Below the pieces are notes generated by a model. It ran no database searches, was not told where the DNA came from, and saw only the letters and a program-made list of their open reading frames with translations. A stretch of DNA of 17,489 nucleotides from positions 1 through 17,489 of the forward strand of contig JBDHKN010000095.1 in NCBI GenBank assembly GCA_039586365.1. The letters run 5' to 3'. The translations under genes and the position numbers were made by a program. Shown here one piece after another: positions 1 to 8,133 of the stretch (within the stretch, counting starts at the first letter, position 1; each line of letters opens with the position of its first letter). Source of the stretch: Gemmatimonadota bacterium (lineage in GTDB: Bacteria; Gemmatimonadota; Gemmatimonadetes; Gemmatimonadales; GWC2-71-9).

Positions 1-263
1 CCCCAGGTGTAAGAATCCTTGGCTTTCAACGCACTGATGACTGCCTGTAGTGCAGCGTCATTCAGTGGATTCGCCGACGAGGCACCCGCGGCGGCGCGCG
101 TTGCCCCCCGCTGCCTTTCCCACCGGGCCGACTGGGCGGTGCGATCCAACCTCCCGCTGCGGGCCCAGCTTATCCGGCGCCGCGGCCCCGCCGGCACCGG
201 TCCCCACCCTAGGACGATTCCTTTAGCCTGCGGCACTGCCAAGGTCCTGCGTTGCCTGTCCAC
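1..263 (-). CDS. HD-GYP domain phosphodiesterase, N-terminal part only (runs off the left edge)
   Basis: Manual translation shows a GTG at 263 with an AAGGAG RBS at 277-272 and an open frame to the window edge. It ends ...NDAALQAVISALKAKDSYTWG, matching the 'AL.AKD.YT.GHS.RV' start of HD-GYP domains. It is not in the ORF track, and the HD and GYP motifs lie outside the window. Confidence 0.8.
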   Translation of the reverse strand, partial: MDRQRRTLAVPQAKGIVLGWGPVPAGPRRRISWARSGRLDRTAQSARWERQRGATRAAAGASSANPLNDAALQAVISALKAKDSYTW

Positions 264-362
264 GAAACACGCTCCTTGCTGCACACCGGATCTGAGGTTG
301 AAGGCGCTGTCACACAGTGTCGACTGCGCGCCACACTGTCCGCAGTACCCAGGGGGCAAGGA

Positions 363-587
363 TGGGACCGTTTGTACCACCGCTCGAAGTAATTGTCAGA
401 CAACAACTTGTGAGCTTCATACCGCACCGCACCGTGGTACGAATCGTGCGTACTGGTACGAAGTGAACCGGTTGGCGCGATCGAAAACAACTCCGATGGG
501 AGATTCGCATGGACCCAGCTCGAGTCAGCCAAGACGCAGCGACGGAGCTGGTACGGACTGTTACCCGGTGGTACGAAGTGAACCACC
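363..587. promoter_or_regulatory. Cluster of five imperfect TGGTAC-N5-GTACCA palindromes (putative enhancer/operator sites)
   Basis: 363-379 TGGGAC-CGTTT-GTACCA; 435-451 TGGTAC-GAATC-GTGCGT; 454-470 TGGTAC-GAAGT-GAACCG; 549-565 TGGTAC-GGACT-GTTACC; 569-585 TGGTAC-GAAGT-GAACCA. The 16-mer TGGTACGAAGTGAACC occurs exactly at 454 and 569. Confidence 0.65.
435..449 (+). promoter_or_regulatory. Possible sigma54 (-24/-12) promoter
   Basis: TGGTACG-AATC-GTGC fits GG-N10-GC and resembles TGGCACG-N4-TTGC. It overlaps one operator-like repeat, so the match could be coincidental. Confidence 0.35.
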
Positions 588-678
588 CAAAAAGCCCGGC
601 CGCTCCCGCTAAGTTGTTTTCCCATATGGGATTACAATGCAGTAGCTGGCGGGAACGGATTCTGCCCCGGAGGTCAAG

Positions 679-2019
679 GTGAACAGGCTGAGGATTCTTG
701 TGGTGAGACTTTCCGATTCCTTCACAGACGCTTGGGACGAGCTGGCGCGCGACGTCGGCGGCGAGATCTCCTATTGTGACAACGGCGACCTCGCAGCCGA
801 CCCGCTCAGGACGGCGGCAGTGTTGGTCGCCGCCGGTGGGGTCGAGCGTGAAGCCATGGAATGGCTGGAAGGTCACGATTGGCCTGCGGGTGTTCCGCTG
901 TATGTCGTCGGTGCGGACCCCAGTCGCCGCACGGGGACTCAGATAGCCGCGGGCGGCGCAAGTGACTACTTCGCTTTCCCCGAAGATCTCGAGTTGGCGC
1001 GCAACGCGTTGGGATCGGCAGTGTTGCGGCGGACTGAGGCGCTCGGGCGAGTGGAGGCACTCGTACAACAGCCGAGAGCCGAAGCGTTCTCAGCAATCGT
1101 GGGTGAGAGCAGAGCACTGAGGGAGCTACTCGCCCGGGCCGCCCGTGTCCTGCCCCATTCAGATGCTACGCTGTTGATCATTGGTGAGACAGGTACTGGC
1201 AAGGAGTTACTCGCTCAAGCCATTCACCACGGTGGTCCCCGCCGTGGTGCGCCCTTCGTCGCCGTCAATTGCTCAGCTCTACCTGACAATCTCATCGAAT
1301 CTGAACTATTCGGGCATGAGCGCGGGGCCTTCACGGACGCCCACTCGGCCAAGCCGGGTCTCTTCGAAGTGGCTGACGGTGGCACCCTGTTCTTGGATGA
1401 GGTTGGCACCTTGCCTGTGACGCTACAAGCAAAGCTGCTCAGGGTATTGCAGGACAAGCAGGTTCGCCGCGTGGGCGGGACCAGAACTCGCAACGTGGAC
1501 GTGCGGATCGTCGCGGCCACCAATGAGGATCTCAAGCACGCCCTCAAGAGCGGAACGTTCCGTCAGGACCTGTATTTCCGGCTCGGCGTGATCACCCTGG
1601 CATTGCCGCCGCTGCGGGAGCGATCAGATGACGTGATCTTGATAGCCGAAGCCCTGCTCGCAGACCTGGCCGCACAGCATGGCCTTGACGTACCAGAAGT
1701 GACCCCTGAGGCTCGTCGCCTCCTGGTGGGCTACCATTGGCCCGGCAACGTCCGCGAGCTCAAGAACGCCGTTGAGCGGGCACTGCTATTGTCAGCATCC
1801 GGAGCACTGGACCTGCAAGAACTCCTGCCGCCAGCAGATGTCGACACCCCCGGGACCGGGCCGATCCCGTTTCCGGCTCAGCTGGACGAGATCACGGCTG
1901 CTGCAGCTCGGGCCACAATCGATCTATTTGACGGCAACCGCAGCAGGGCTGCACGGCGTCTGGGGATATCCCGCCAGCGCCTCAGGCGGTTGCTCAACGA
2001 AGAACGCATGAGCGCATGA
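679..2019 (+). CDS. Sigma54-dependent Fis-family transcriptional activator (bEBP) with degenerate receiver-like N-terminus
   Basis: Walker [24 protein letters not shown], Walker [23 protein letters not shown] and a C-terminal HTH ([13 protein letters not shown]). GGAGG RBS at 669-673 before GTG. Confidence 0.95.
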   Translation: MNRLRILVVRLSDSFTDAWDELARDVGGEISYCDNGDLAADPLRTAAVLVAAGGVEREAMEWLEGHDWPAGVPLYVVGADPSRRTGTQIAAGGASDYFAFPEDLELARNALGSAVLRRTEALGRVEALVQQPRAEAFSAIVGESRALRELLARAARVLPHSDATLLIIGETGTGKELLAQAIHHGGPRRGAPFVAVNCSALPDNLIESELFGHERGAFTDAHSAKPGLFEVADGGTLFLDEVGTLPVTLQAKLLRVLQDKQVRRVGGTRTRNVDVRIVAATNEDLKHALKSGTFRQDLYFRLGVITLALPPLRERSDDVILIAEALLADLAAQHGLDVPEVTPEARRLLVGYHWPGNVRELKNAVERALLLSASGALDLQELLPPADVDTPGTGPIPFPAQLDEITAAAARATIDLFDGNRSRAARRLGISRQRLRRLLNEERMSA

Positions 2020-2042
2020 AGCCATTACAGAGGAGAAGCCTA

Positions 2043-2714
2043 ATGTCTCGGATCGCCCCATTACTCTGCTGCAGCGCGGCAGTCATGCTGCTGTCGTGTA
2101 GCGACAGTACCGGGCCACCGGACTTCCAAGATCAGCCGAGTCTTGGAACCATCGCCGGCCCCGGTGTCAGCGGGTCGCAGCTGCATCCGCTGAGTCACCG
2201 GATGCACGTGGTGACTTCAGACAGCGAGCGCCTGTTCCAGCAAGTGTTCTTGCAGGCCGCCAGCTCAGAACTGCAGGAGGCGTCTGAGATGAGCTTCTGG
2301 GCTGTGCGGGGTGAAGAGCGGACGTTCGAGATCGGCTACCAGAGCGCCGGGGACAGCGCGACCAGTGAATTCCTCCGCTTCCACATCCCGGCTGCAGCAC
2401 TGTTGTTGCGGCCGGACGGAACGGCGTTCGCGGCCGGCGACTCGGTTCTCATTACGGTCACCATCGACCCGTCTGAATTCCACCTGGAGTTTGGGCCGTC
2501 GGGATTGGTGTTCAACGATCAGGCGCCCGCGCAACTGGAACTGTGGTACAGCGCGGCTGAGGGTGACATACCCCAACCCCAGCTGGGCCTGTGGTACCAA
2601 CAGGAAGCAGGAGCCCTGTGGTATCCGATCGTTTCGCAGCACGAACTCGATCGAATGTGGTTCAGGACGGTCCTGTTCCATTTCTCGGGCTACGTGATTT
2701 CCTGGAATCAGTGA
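2043..2714 (+). CDS. Putative lipoprotein with ZU5-like domain and C-terminal HFS motif
   Basis: AGGAG RBS at 2031-2035 favours ATG 2043 (alternative 2016). Signal/lipobox ...VMLLS-C. The F.IP..AL / FGPSGLVF..PA.L.L.Y pattern resembles ZU5. Ends FHFSGYVISWNQ. The domain call is by eye only. Confidence 0.7.
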   Translation: MSRIAPLLCCSAAVMLLSCSDSTGPPDFQDQPSLGTIAGPGVSGSQLHPLSHRMHVVTSDSERLFQQVFLQAASSELQEASEMSFWAVRGEERTFEIGYQSAGDSATSEFLRFHIPAAALLLRPDGTAFAAGDSVLITVTIDPSEFHLEFGPSGLVFNDQAPAQLELWYSAAEGDIPQPQLGLWYQQEAGALWYPIVSQHELDRMWFRTVLFHFSGYVISWNQ

Positions 2715-3703
2715 GACACATAATGCTTAACTCACTGGTAGATCTAAATAGAGTGCGCCAGCTCGCCGAGACCGGTCAGTACGCCGCCCTGGTGGATCGT
2801 CTGAGCGGGCGGTCGCGCGAGGCACTGGAAGACTCACCGACTCTGGCCCTGCTGTACGGAACGGCGAGTGCTCGGCTGGGTCGGCACGAAGAAGGCGAAC
2901 GTTGGACGGAATTGGCGCTCAAGCGATCCCGCGAGCGGATAGATCGGACGATCGAAGCTCGCGCACTGAACGTCCGTGGAGCAATCTGCCTGGCCGGTGG
3001 ACGGATCGACGAGGCGGCCCAGTACTTCACACAAGCGCTTGCGACCTCTGAGCGAGAAGGCGATCACGCGACGGTTGGCCGCTGCTCCAACAACCTCGGC
3101 ATCATCAACAGCTTGCGTGGGCAGTACGCTCGAGCGATCGGCTCTTACACCATGGCGCTCGCTGCTTTTCAGCGGGCTCGTCTCACACACGGCGTGGCCG
3201 AAACCCGTCCTAACCTCGCATTCACATACTCCTACATGGGCGACCACGACCGTGCCCTCGAGGAGGCAGATCACGCAGTGCGAGAGGCAGCCGAGACAGG
3301 AGACGAGACCCTCGCCGCCCAGACGTTGCGCGTCCGGGCCGAGATCCGAGTCCTGCGCGGAGACGTGAAGATCGCCCAGTGCGAGATCCAGCGCGCCCTG
3401 ACGACTCACCGGAAACTGGGCGACGAAGTCGAAGAGGCCCAGGATCTCCGTATCGTTGCCGCAGTGATGACCGCCAATGGTGAGACGGCTGAGGCTGAGC
3501 ACACCCTGCGCGGCGTCATCGAACGCGCCCGGGCGCTGGGGCAACCCCTGCTCGCGGCAGACGCGACGCGCGACCTCGCACACCTGTTGAGGACCGTGGC
3601 GAGGAACATAGAGGCGAAAGAAGCTGCACGCGAAGCTCGCGCGTTGTTCACCAAGCTCGGAGCCGAGGCCGAAATCCGGAAGCTGGACCGATACCTCGGG
3701 TAG
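2711..3703 (+). CDS. Stand-alone tetratricopeptide-repeat protein (MalT/TPR_12-like), cytoplasmic
   Basis: ~40-aa helical repeats (ARALNVRGAI, GRCSNNLGII, AETRPNLAFT). Start is probably GTG 2711 (GTGA overlap with the upstream stop) or ATG 2723 rather than 2591. No signal peptide. Confidence 0.88.
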   Translation: MRHIMLNSLVDLNRVRQLAETGQYAALVDRLSGRSREALEDSPTLALLYGTASARLGRHEEGERWTELALKRSRERIDRTIEARALNVRGAICLAGGRIDEAAQYFTQALATSEREGDHATVGRCSNNLGIINSLRGQYARAIGSYTMALAAFQRARLTHGVAETRPNLAFTYSYMGDHDRALEEADHAVREAAETGDETLAAQTLRVRAEIRVLRGDVKIAQCEIQRALTTHRKLGDEVEEAQDLRIVAAVMTANGETAEAEHTLRGVIERARALGQPLLAADATRDLAHLLRTVARNIEAKEAAREARALFTKLGAEAEIRKLDRYLG

Positions 3704-3985
3704 GCAGGACCTGACTGGGCGGAGGTGACACTACGACTTCCGACTCAGCACGGGTGCCCCCCAAAGCACCCCCCTAACCCAAGCAAGCTGCGACACACCA
3801 AATAGTCCGCAGTCGCGCCGTGGCAACTGACCGACCCTCCTGCTTACCCTCTCCAAACAGCGAAATGTGGCTAAGTTGTATGAACTGGTTAAGCATCGCT
3901 GCTCCGATGCAGGATGCCTTTCTCCAGTCAGTCACCGCTTACAGATGGATTCTCGTCTTCAATACACGAACAGGGAGGCTCGGTC

Positions 3986-6076
3986 ATGAACCTGCCGCTG
4001 CGCGAACGATGCAGACTGCGGCTGAACCGGCTGACTACTGCGCTGAGCGTGCTGCTACTTCTGGCGGCTGTGCAGTCCACAGAGGCGCAGCGAGTGCGAA
4101 TCGATTTCGACGAGTATCACGGCTATGACGCCACGGTCGACTATATCAGGGGAGTCGCCCGGGCTTATCCCAACATCACTGAGCTGCTCGAGATCGGCCG
4201 ATCCAACATGGACCGCCCGATCTATGTGCTCGTGATCTCGAACATGAACAATGGGACCACCATAGACCGGCACGTCGAGCTGCGGAACAAGCGCCGGGAA
4301 GGCGTTGAGAACGTCACCCCGATGAAATCCTATATCGGCAAACCGGGCATGTGGATCGACGGGGGAACGCATGGCAACGAATACACCGGGACGGAGGTGA
4401 GCCTGTACACGATCGACAAACTGACTTCCGGGTACGGCTCCGACGGTGAGATCACCCGCTTGATCGACGACAATGTGTTCTACATCTGCCCCATCGTGAA
4501 CCCTGACGGAGTGTACAACTCAGTCGATCGCGGGATCTCGCAACGGCAGAACTCCATGCTGGTCGACGACGACGAGGATGGCGCAATCAACGAAGACGGA
4601 CCGGACGACCTGAATGGAGACGGCCGTATCACGAGCTTCCGTTATCCGGACCCCGAAGGCCGCTACGTCATCGACGATGTCGATCCGCGCCACATGGTTC
4701 GAGTGGAACAGGACGACGAGGACACGACTGAGCAGAGATACTCAGTGATCCGCGAGGACAGGGACAACGACGGCGACGGGGAGCGGGGAGAGGACTCGGA
4801 GCGGGGCATCGACGTCAACCGGAATTTCCCCGAGGGATGGTTCAGAGACGACAACTCACAGGGTGGCAGGGGATACTACCCGGCTTCATCCCCGGAAGCC
4901 CACGCCATTCTCGAGTTCTTCACCAACCACACCAACATCCTGATGGTGCAGTCATATCACACCTCCGGCGGATTCACCTACCGGCCGCTCGCGCGCTGGC
5001 CCGACGACCGGATCGAGGCCAAAGACCTGGCGGTGTTCGACAGGGTCATGGGCAAGAAGTACCTCGAGTTGAACGGCGCGGAGATCCCCGAGGCGTGGCA
5101 AGACCCAGCGCTGGAAGCCGTGGGGGGTGGACCTCCTGCTAGCAGCACCGGGCGCGGCTACGAGCCTCCCAGGTTGTGGAGACACCCCTACAACGACTCT
5201 GAGGACCGGCCCTATGGATACGGCATCTTCCTGGACTGGGCCTACGCGCAGTTCGGCACCTATTCGATGTCGACCGAGCTGTGGAACTGGCAGCGGGACA
5301 CGAGAGGTGTGCCCGGCTATGAAGGTGAGGAAGACCGTAACGTCTGGTACCGGGCGCTGCTGACGTACCAGGATACAGCCCTGGATGGTGAGATGTTCGT
5401 GCCTTGGAGAGGCTACACCCATCCGGAACTCGGCGAAGGTGAGGTCGGCGGCTGGGTCTCCACCTTCGGCGGCGGCAACGCGCTGCCGGGCGAATCGCTG
5501 CGGCATGTGTGCGAGATCCACTGGCAGTTCGAGCTGTTCAAGGCCGGCCTGCTGCCGAAACTCGAGATCACCGACGCCGCGGCCGAAGTGCTCTATGCGA
5601 CTGACAACTCGAGTGCCGCACGGGCTGTGAGCGACGGAAACACGGTCACGATCCGACCAGGTCGGACTATTGGCCGCTACAAGGTCGTCAAGGTGACCGC
5701 CACTGTTACGAACACCGGAGCCCTCGCGACGCACGTTGCAATAGGTGCGAGTCTGGCGGGCAATCGCCAGGATGCCATCTGGCTGATCGGTGACCGGGAC
5801 AAGATCAAATTCCTGCAGGGCAGCACCTGGCAGAGTCTCGGTGTGATCGACGGATCGATGGAGATACCTGGTTACTCCATCGCGACGAGCGCGACACCGC
5901 GCACGATGCGGCAGCCTGCGAGACAGCAGGGTGACGCGCAACAGGAAGAGGATGAACAGGTCGGCAACCAGCGTGAAGTAACCTGGTTGATCGCAATCGA
6001 AGGCGACACGCCGCTCAAGCTCGTCCTCACGTCGCAAAAAGGCGGCACAACGGTCAGGGAACTCTCAGTCCGCTGA
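3986..6076 (+). CDS. Secreted M14-family zinc metallocarboxypeptidase (paralog A)
   Basis: GGGAGG RBS before ATG 3986. Signal peptide ending TEA-Q. HGNE zinc motif, NPDG, DVNRNF, SYHT and STELW, plus DxDxDG-type Ca-binding loops. Confidence 0.92.
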   Translation: MNLPLRERCRLRLNRLTTALSVLLLLAAVQSTEAQRVRIDFDEYHGYDATVDYIRGVARAYPNITELLEIGRSNMDRPIYVLVISNMNNGTTIDRHVELRNKRREGVENVTPMKSYIGKPGMWIDGGTHGNEYTGTEVSLYTIDKLTSGYGSDGEITRLIDDNVFYICPIVNPDGVYNSVDRGISQRQNSMLVDDDEDGAINEDGPDDLNGDGRITSFRYPDPEGRYVIDDVDPRHMVRVEQDDEDTTEQRYSVIREDRDNDGDGERGEDSERGIDVNRNFPEGWFRDDNSQGGRGYYPASSPEAHAILEFFTNHTNILMVQSYHTSGGFTYRPLARWPDDRIEAKDLAVFDRVMGKKYLELNGAEIPEAWQDPALEAVGGGPPASSTGRGYEPPRLWRHPYNDSEDRPYGYGIFLDWAYAQFGTYSMSTELWNWQRDTRGVPGYEGEEDRNVWYRALLTYQDTALDGEMFVPWRGYTHPELGEGEVGGWVSTFGGGNALPGESLRHVCEIHWQFELFKAGLLPKLEITDAAAEVLYATDNSSAARAVSDGNTVTIRPGRTIGRYKVVKVTATVTNTGALATHVAIGASLAGNRQDAIWLIGDRDKIKFLQGSTWQSLGVIDGSMEIPGYSIATSATPRTMRQPARQQGDAQQEEDEQVGNQREVTWLIAIEGDTPLKLVLTSQKGGTTVRELSVR

Positions 6077-6094
6077 GGCTGACAGGAGCATACA

Positions 6095-7999
6095 ATGCAT
6101 TCGAGAATGAGACTGATGATTCTGCCGGTGTGTACCCTCGTCGTCTGTCTGCTTGCGGCGGGCGCCGCGCCGGCATTTGCACAGATCAAACAGCAGCCGA
6201 GCCCGGGCGGCTACCACGGCGAACTGGACTTTCCCATCAGTTGGAAACGGTACTATTCCTACGCCGAGTGGACTCAAATAATGCACGAGATGCAGGAGCA
6301 GTATTCTCATCTCGCCGACATCGAGAGCATCGGGACGAGCCGCATGGGCCGCGACCAGTACCTCATCACCATTACCGCGGAATCCACTGGTGACCATAGC
6401 GAGAAACCGGCGATGTGGGTGGACGGAGCCATTCACGGCAACGAGGTAAACGGCATCATGTGCTCGCTGTACCTGATGTGGTACTTACTGACGCGGTACG
6501 ACTACGACCCCTACGTGTACGATCTCGTCAACAGTACCACCTTCTATATACTGCCGGGCCTCAACGTCGACGCCAACGAGTCTTGCGTCAGTTTTCCCAA
6601 TACACCGAACAACCCTCGCGAGCCGTACCGCCCCGAGGATAACGATGGCGACGGGTTGTACGACGAAGACCAGACCGAGGACGTCGACGGCGACGGCGAG
6701 CTGTCGACGATGTACATCGAAGACGCGGAAGGGCCCTTTAAACTGTCTGCAGATGGACGGCAGTTTGTTGCGGTGGCGGATTCGACTGAACGAGTGCTGC
6801 GATTCCGCCGCATCGGCGCCGAGGGTTACGACAACGACGGTGACGGCAGGATCAATGAGGACGACATCGGTGGGCCCGACCCCAACAGGAATTTCCCGTA
6901 CGGATGGAGCCTGCAGGCCGGCAACCCCTACCCGATGTCCGAGCCCGAGACGCGCAACGTATATGAGTTTCAACGCACGCATCCCAACATCTTCGCCAGT
7001 TTTCACTTTCACAATACCGGCCGGCTAATCATGTTCCAGGCTCCTCCTGCCGTACAGGCGCAGACGCGGACACAGGCCGGAGGGGGCGGGGGCGGATTCG
7101 GAGGTGGCCGGCAGATGTCCTTTGAGGACAGCCTGGCTTTCCTGCGGGAGAGTAACAAATATGCGCAACTGTTCGAGCGGCAGGTGGCACCGGAATACCA
7201 GCACGACATGGATGTTCAGACCGCGATCGTCACGGCGGGCGCCAGGATACTCAAGAACTACAGACCGACCATCGGCGGCCTGAGCGGCCAGGCACACGCA
7301 GCCACGTACTACATGCTCGGCGCATACAGCTATCTGATCGAGCTGTGGGGTGCACCGACATTTGCGGCCGATCAAAACGACGATGGGCGCATCACCGACG
7401 AGGAATACTTGCTGTGGATCGACACCGAACTGTCCGGCGAGGGTTGGATAGAGCCCCATCGGTTCCAGCATCCGGATCTGGGTGAGATTTGGATCGGCGG
7501 ATCGCGCAAGAAACACACGACTCGAACCCCACCGGCGAGATACATCGAGATGGAAGCCCAGAAGAACTCCGATTTCGTCATGTACTGCGCCAGCCAGTTC
7601 CCGCGGGTCGAGATCGATGAAGTCACTGTGACACCCGAAACAGGAAATCTCTTCTGGGTCGACGTTGCCGTGAAGAATGACAGAATCTACCCGACGGCCT
7701 CGGACCGCGAGAACGAGCTGGGCAGCGCCGTACTGGATCAGCTCACTTTCAGTTCGTCGAACAACATCGAGGTGATAGCGATCCCTGAAGAGGAGACGCG
7801 GATCGACCCGCTGAACAGCAGCTCTGCAGCCACTGCGGCGAGCGACGAGACGACTGAGTTCCGACTCAAGGGCAAAGAGACACGTTCATTCCGCTATCTA
7901 TTCGGAATGTCCGGCGCCAGCGGATGGGTAGAGTTCGAGGTTGTCTCCTATCACGGTGGTACGGCCACCCAGAGGGTTGAGCTACGAACCGGCAACTAG
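6095..7999 (+). CDS. Secreted M14-family zinc metallocarboxypeptidase (paralog B)
   Basis: AGGAG RBS. Signal peptide ending AFA-Q. HGNE, DPNRNFP, FHFHNTG, LIELW, HPDLGEIWIGG and DNDGDG repeats. Confidence 0.92.
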   Translation: MHSRMRLMILPVCTLVVCLLAAGAAPAFAQIKQQPSPGGYHGELDFPISWKRYYSYAEWTQIMHEMQEQYSHLADIESIGTSRMGRDQYLITITAESTGDHSEKPAMWVDGAIHGNEVNGIMCSLYLMWYLLTRYDYDPYVYDLVNSTTFYILPGLNVDANESCVSFPNTPNNPREPYRPEDNDGDGLYDEDQTEDVDGDGELSTMYIEDAEGPFKLSADGRQFVAVADSTERVLRFRRIGAEGYDNDGDGRINEDDIGGPDPNRNFPYGWSLQAGNPYPMSEPETRNVYEFQRTHPNIFASFHFHNTGRLIMFQAPPAVQAQTRTQAGGGGGGFGGGRQMSFEDSLAFLRESNKYAQLFERQVAPEYQHDMDVQTAIVTAGARILKNYRPTIGGLSGQAHAATYYMLGAYSYLIELWGAPTFAADQNDDGRITDEEYLLWIDTELSGEGWIEPHRFQHPDLGEIWIGGSRKKHTTRTPPARYIEMEAQKNSDFVMYCASQFPRVEIDEVTVTPETGNLFWVDVAVKNDRIYPTASDRENELGSAVLDQLTFSSSNNIEVIAIPEEETRIDPLNSSSAATAASDETTEFRLKGKETRSFRYLFGMSGASGWVEFEVVSYHGGTATQRVELRTGN

Positions 8000-8133
8000 A
8001 ACTCCGCTGTGCGGAGCGGTGTGATCCGACCCTGGCCTGCGGCGCGAAGTCGCGGCGCACGGCCAGGGCGTGCTCCGGTAGCTTGGCTGAACCAGCTTCG
8101 GCTCCGCACGATAAGACCGGATAGAACCCGCCG

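Noticed and set aside
435..587. TGGTACG repeats as a mini-CRISPR array
   Set aside because: The repeats are only 16-17 bp with irregular spacing (19, 95, 20 bp) and there are no cas genes. They are better explained as protein-binding sites.
19..625. ORFs 19..612 (+) and 209..625 (-)
   Set aside because: No recognisable motifs. They overlap the HD-GYP frame and the operator-rich intergenic region, as expected for shadow ORFs in GC-rich DNA.
2591..2710. Extended N-terminus of the TPR ORF
   Set aside because: It overlaps the lipoprotein gene by more than 120 bp. Starts at 2711 or 2723 fit the operon structure.
3752..3771. GGGTGC-N8-GCACCC hairpin after the TPR gene as a terminator
   Set aside because: Short stem with no U-tract, so insufficient evidence.
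608..3879. GCTAAGTTGT shared at 608-617 and 3870-3879 upstream of two operons
   Set aside because: A 10-bp match is expected by chance many times in 17 kb. It may be an IHF-like half-site but cannot be supported.
4952..7516. Long antisense ORFs (4952..6037, 6485..7012, 7025..7516) and similar ones opposite other genes
   Set aside because: They mirror strongly supported genes and are typical antisense open frames caused by GC3 bias.
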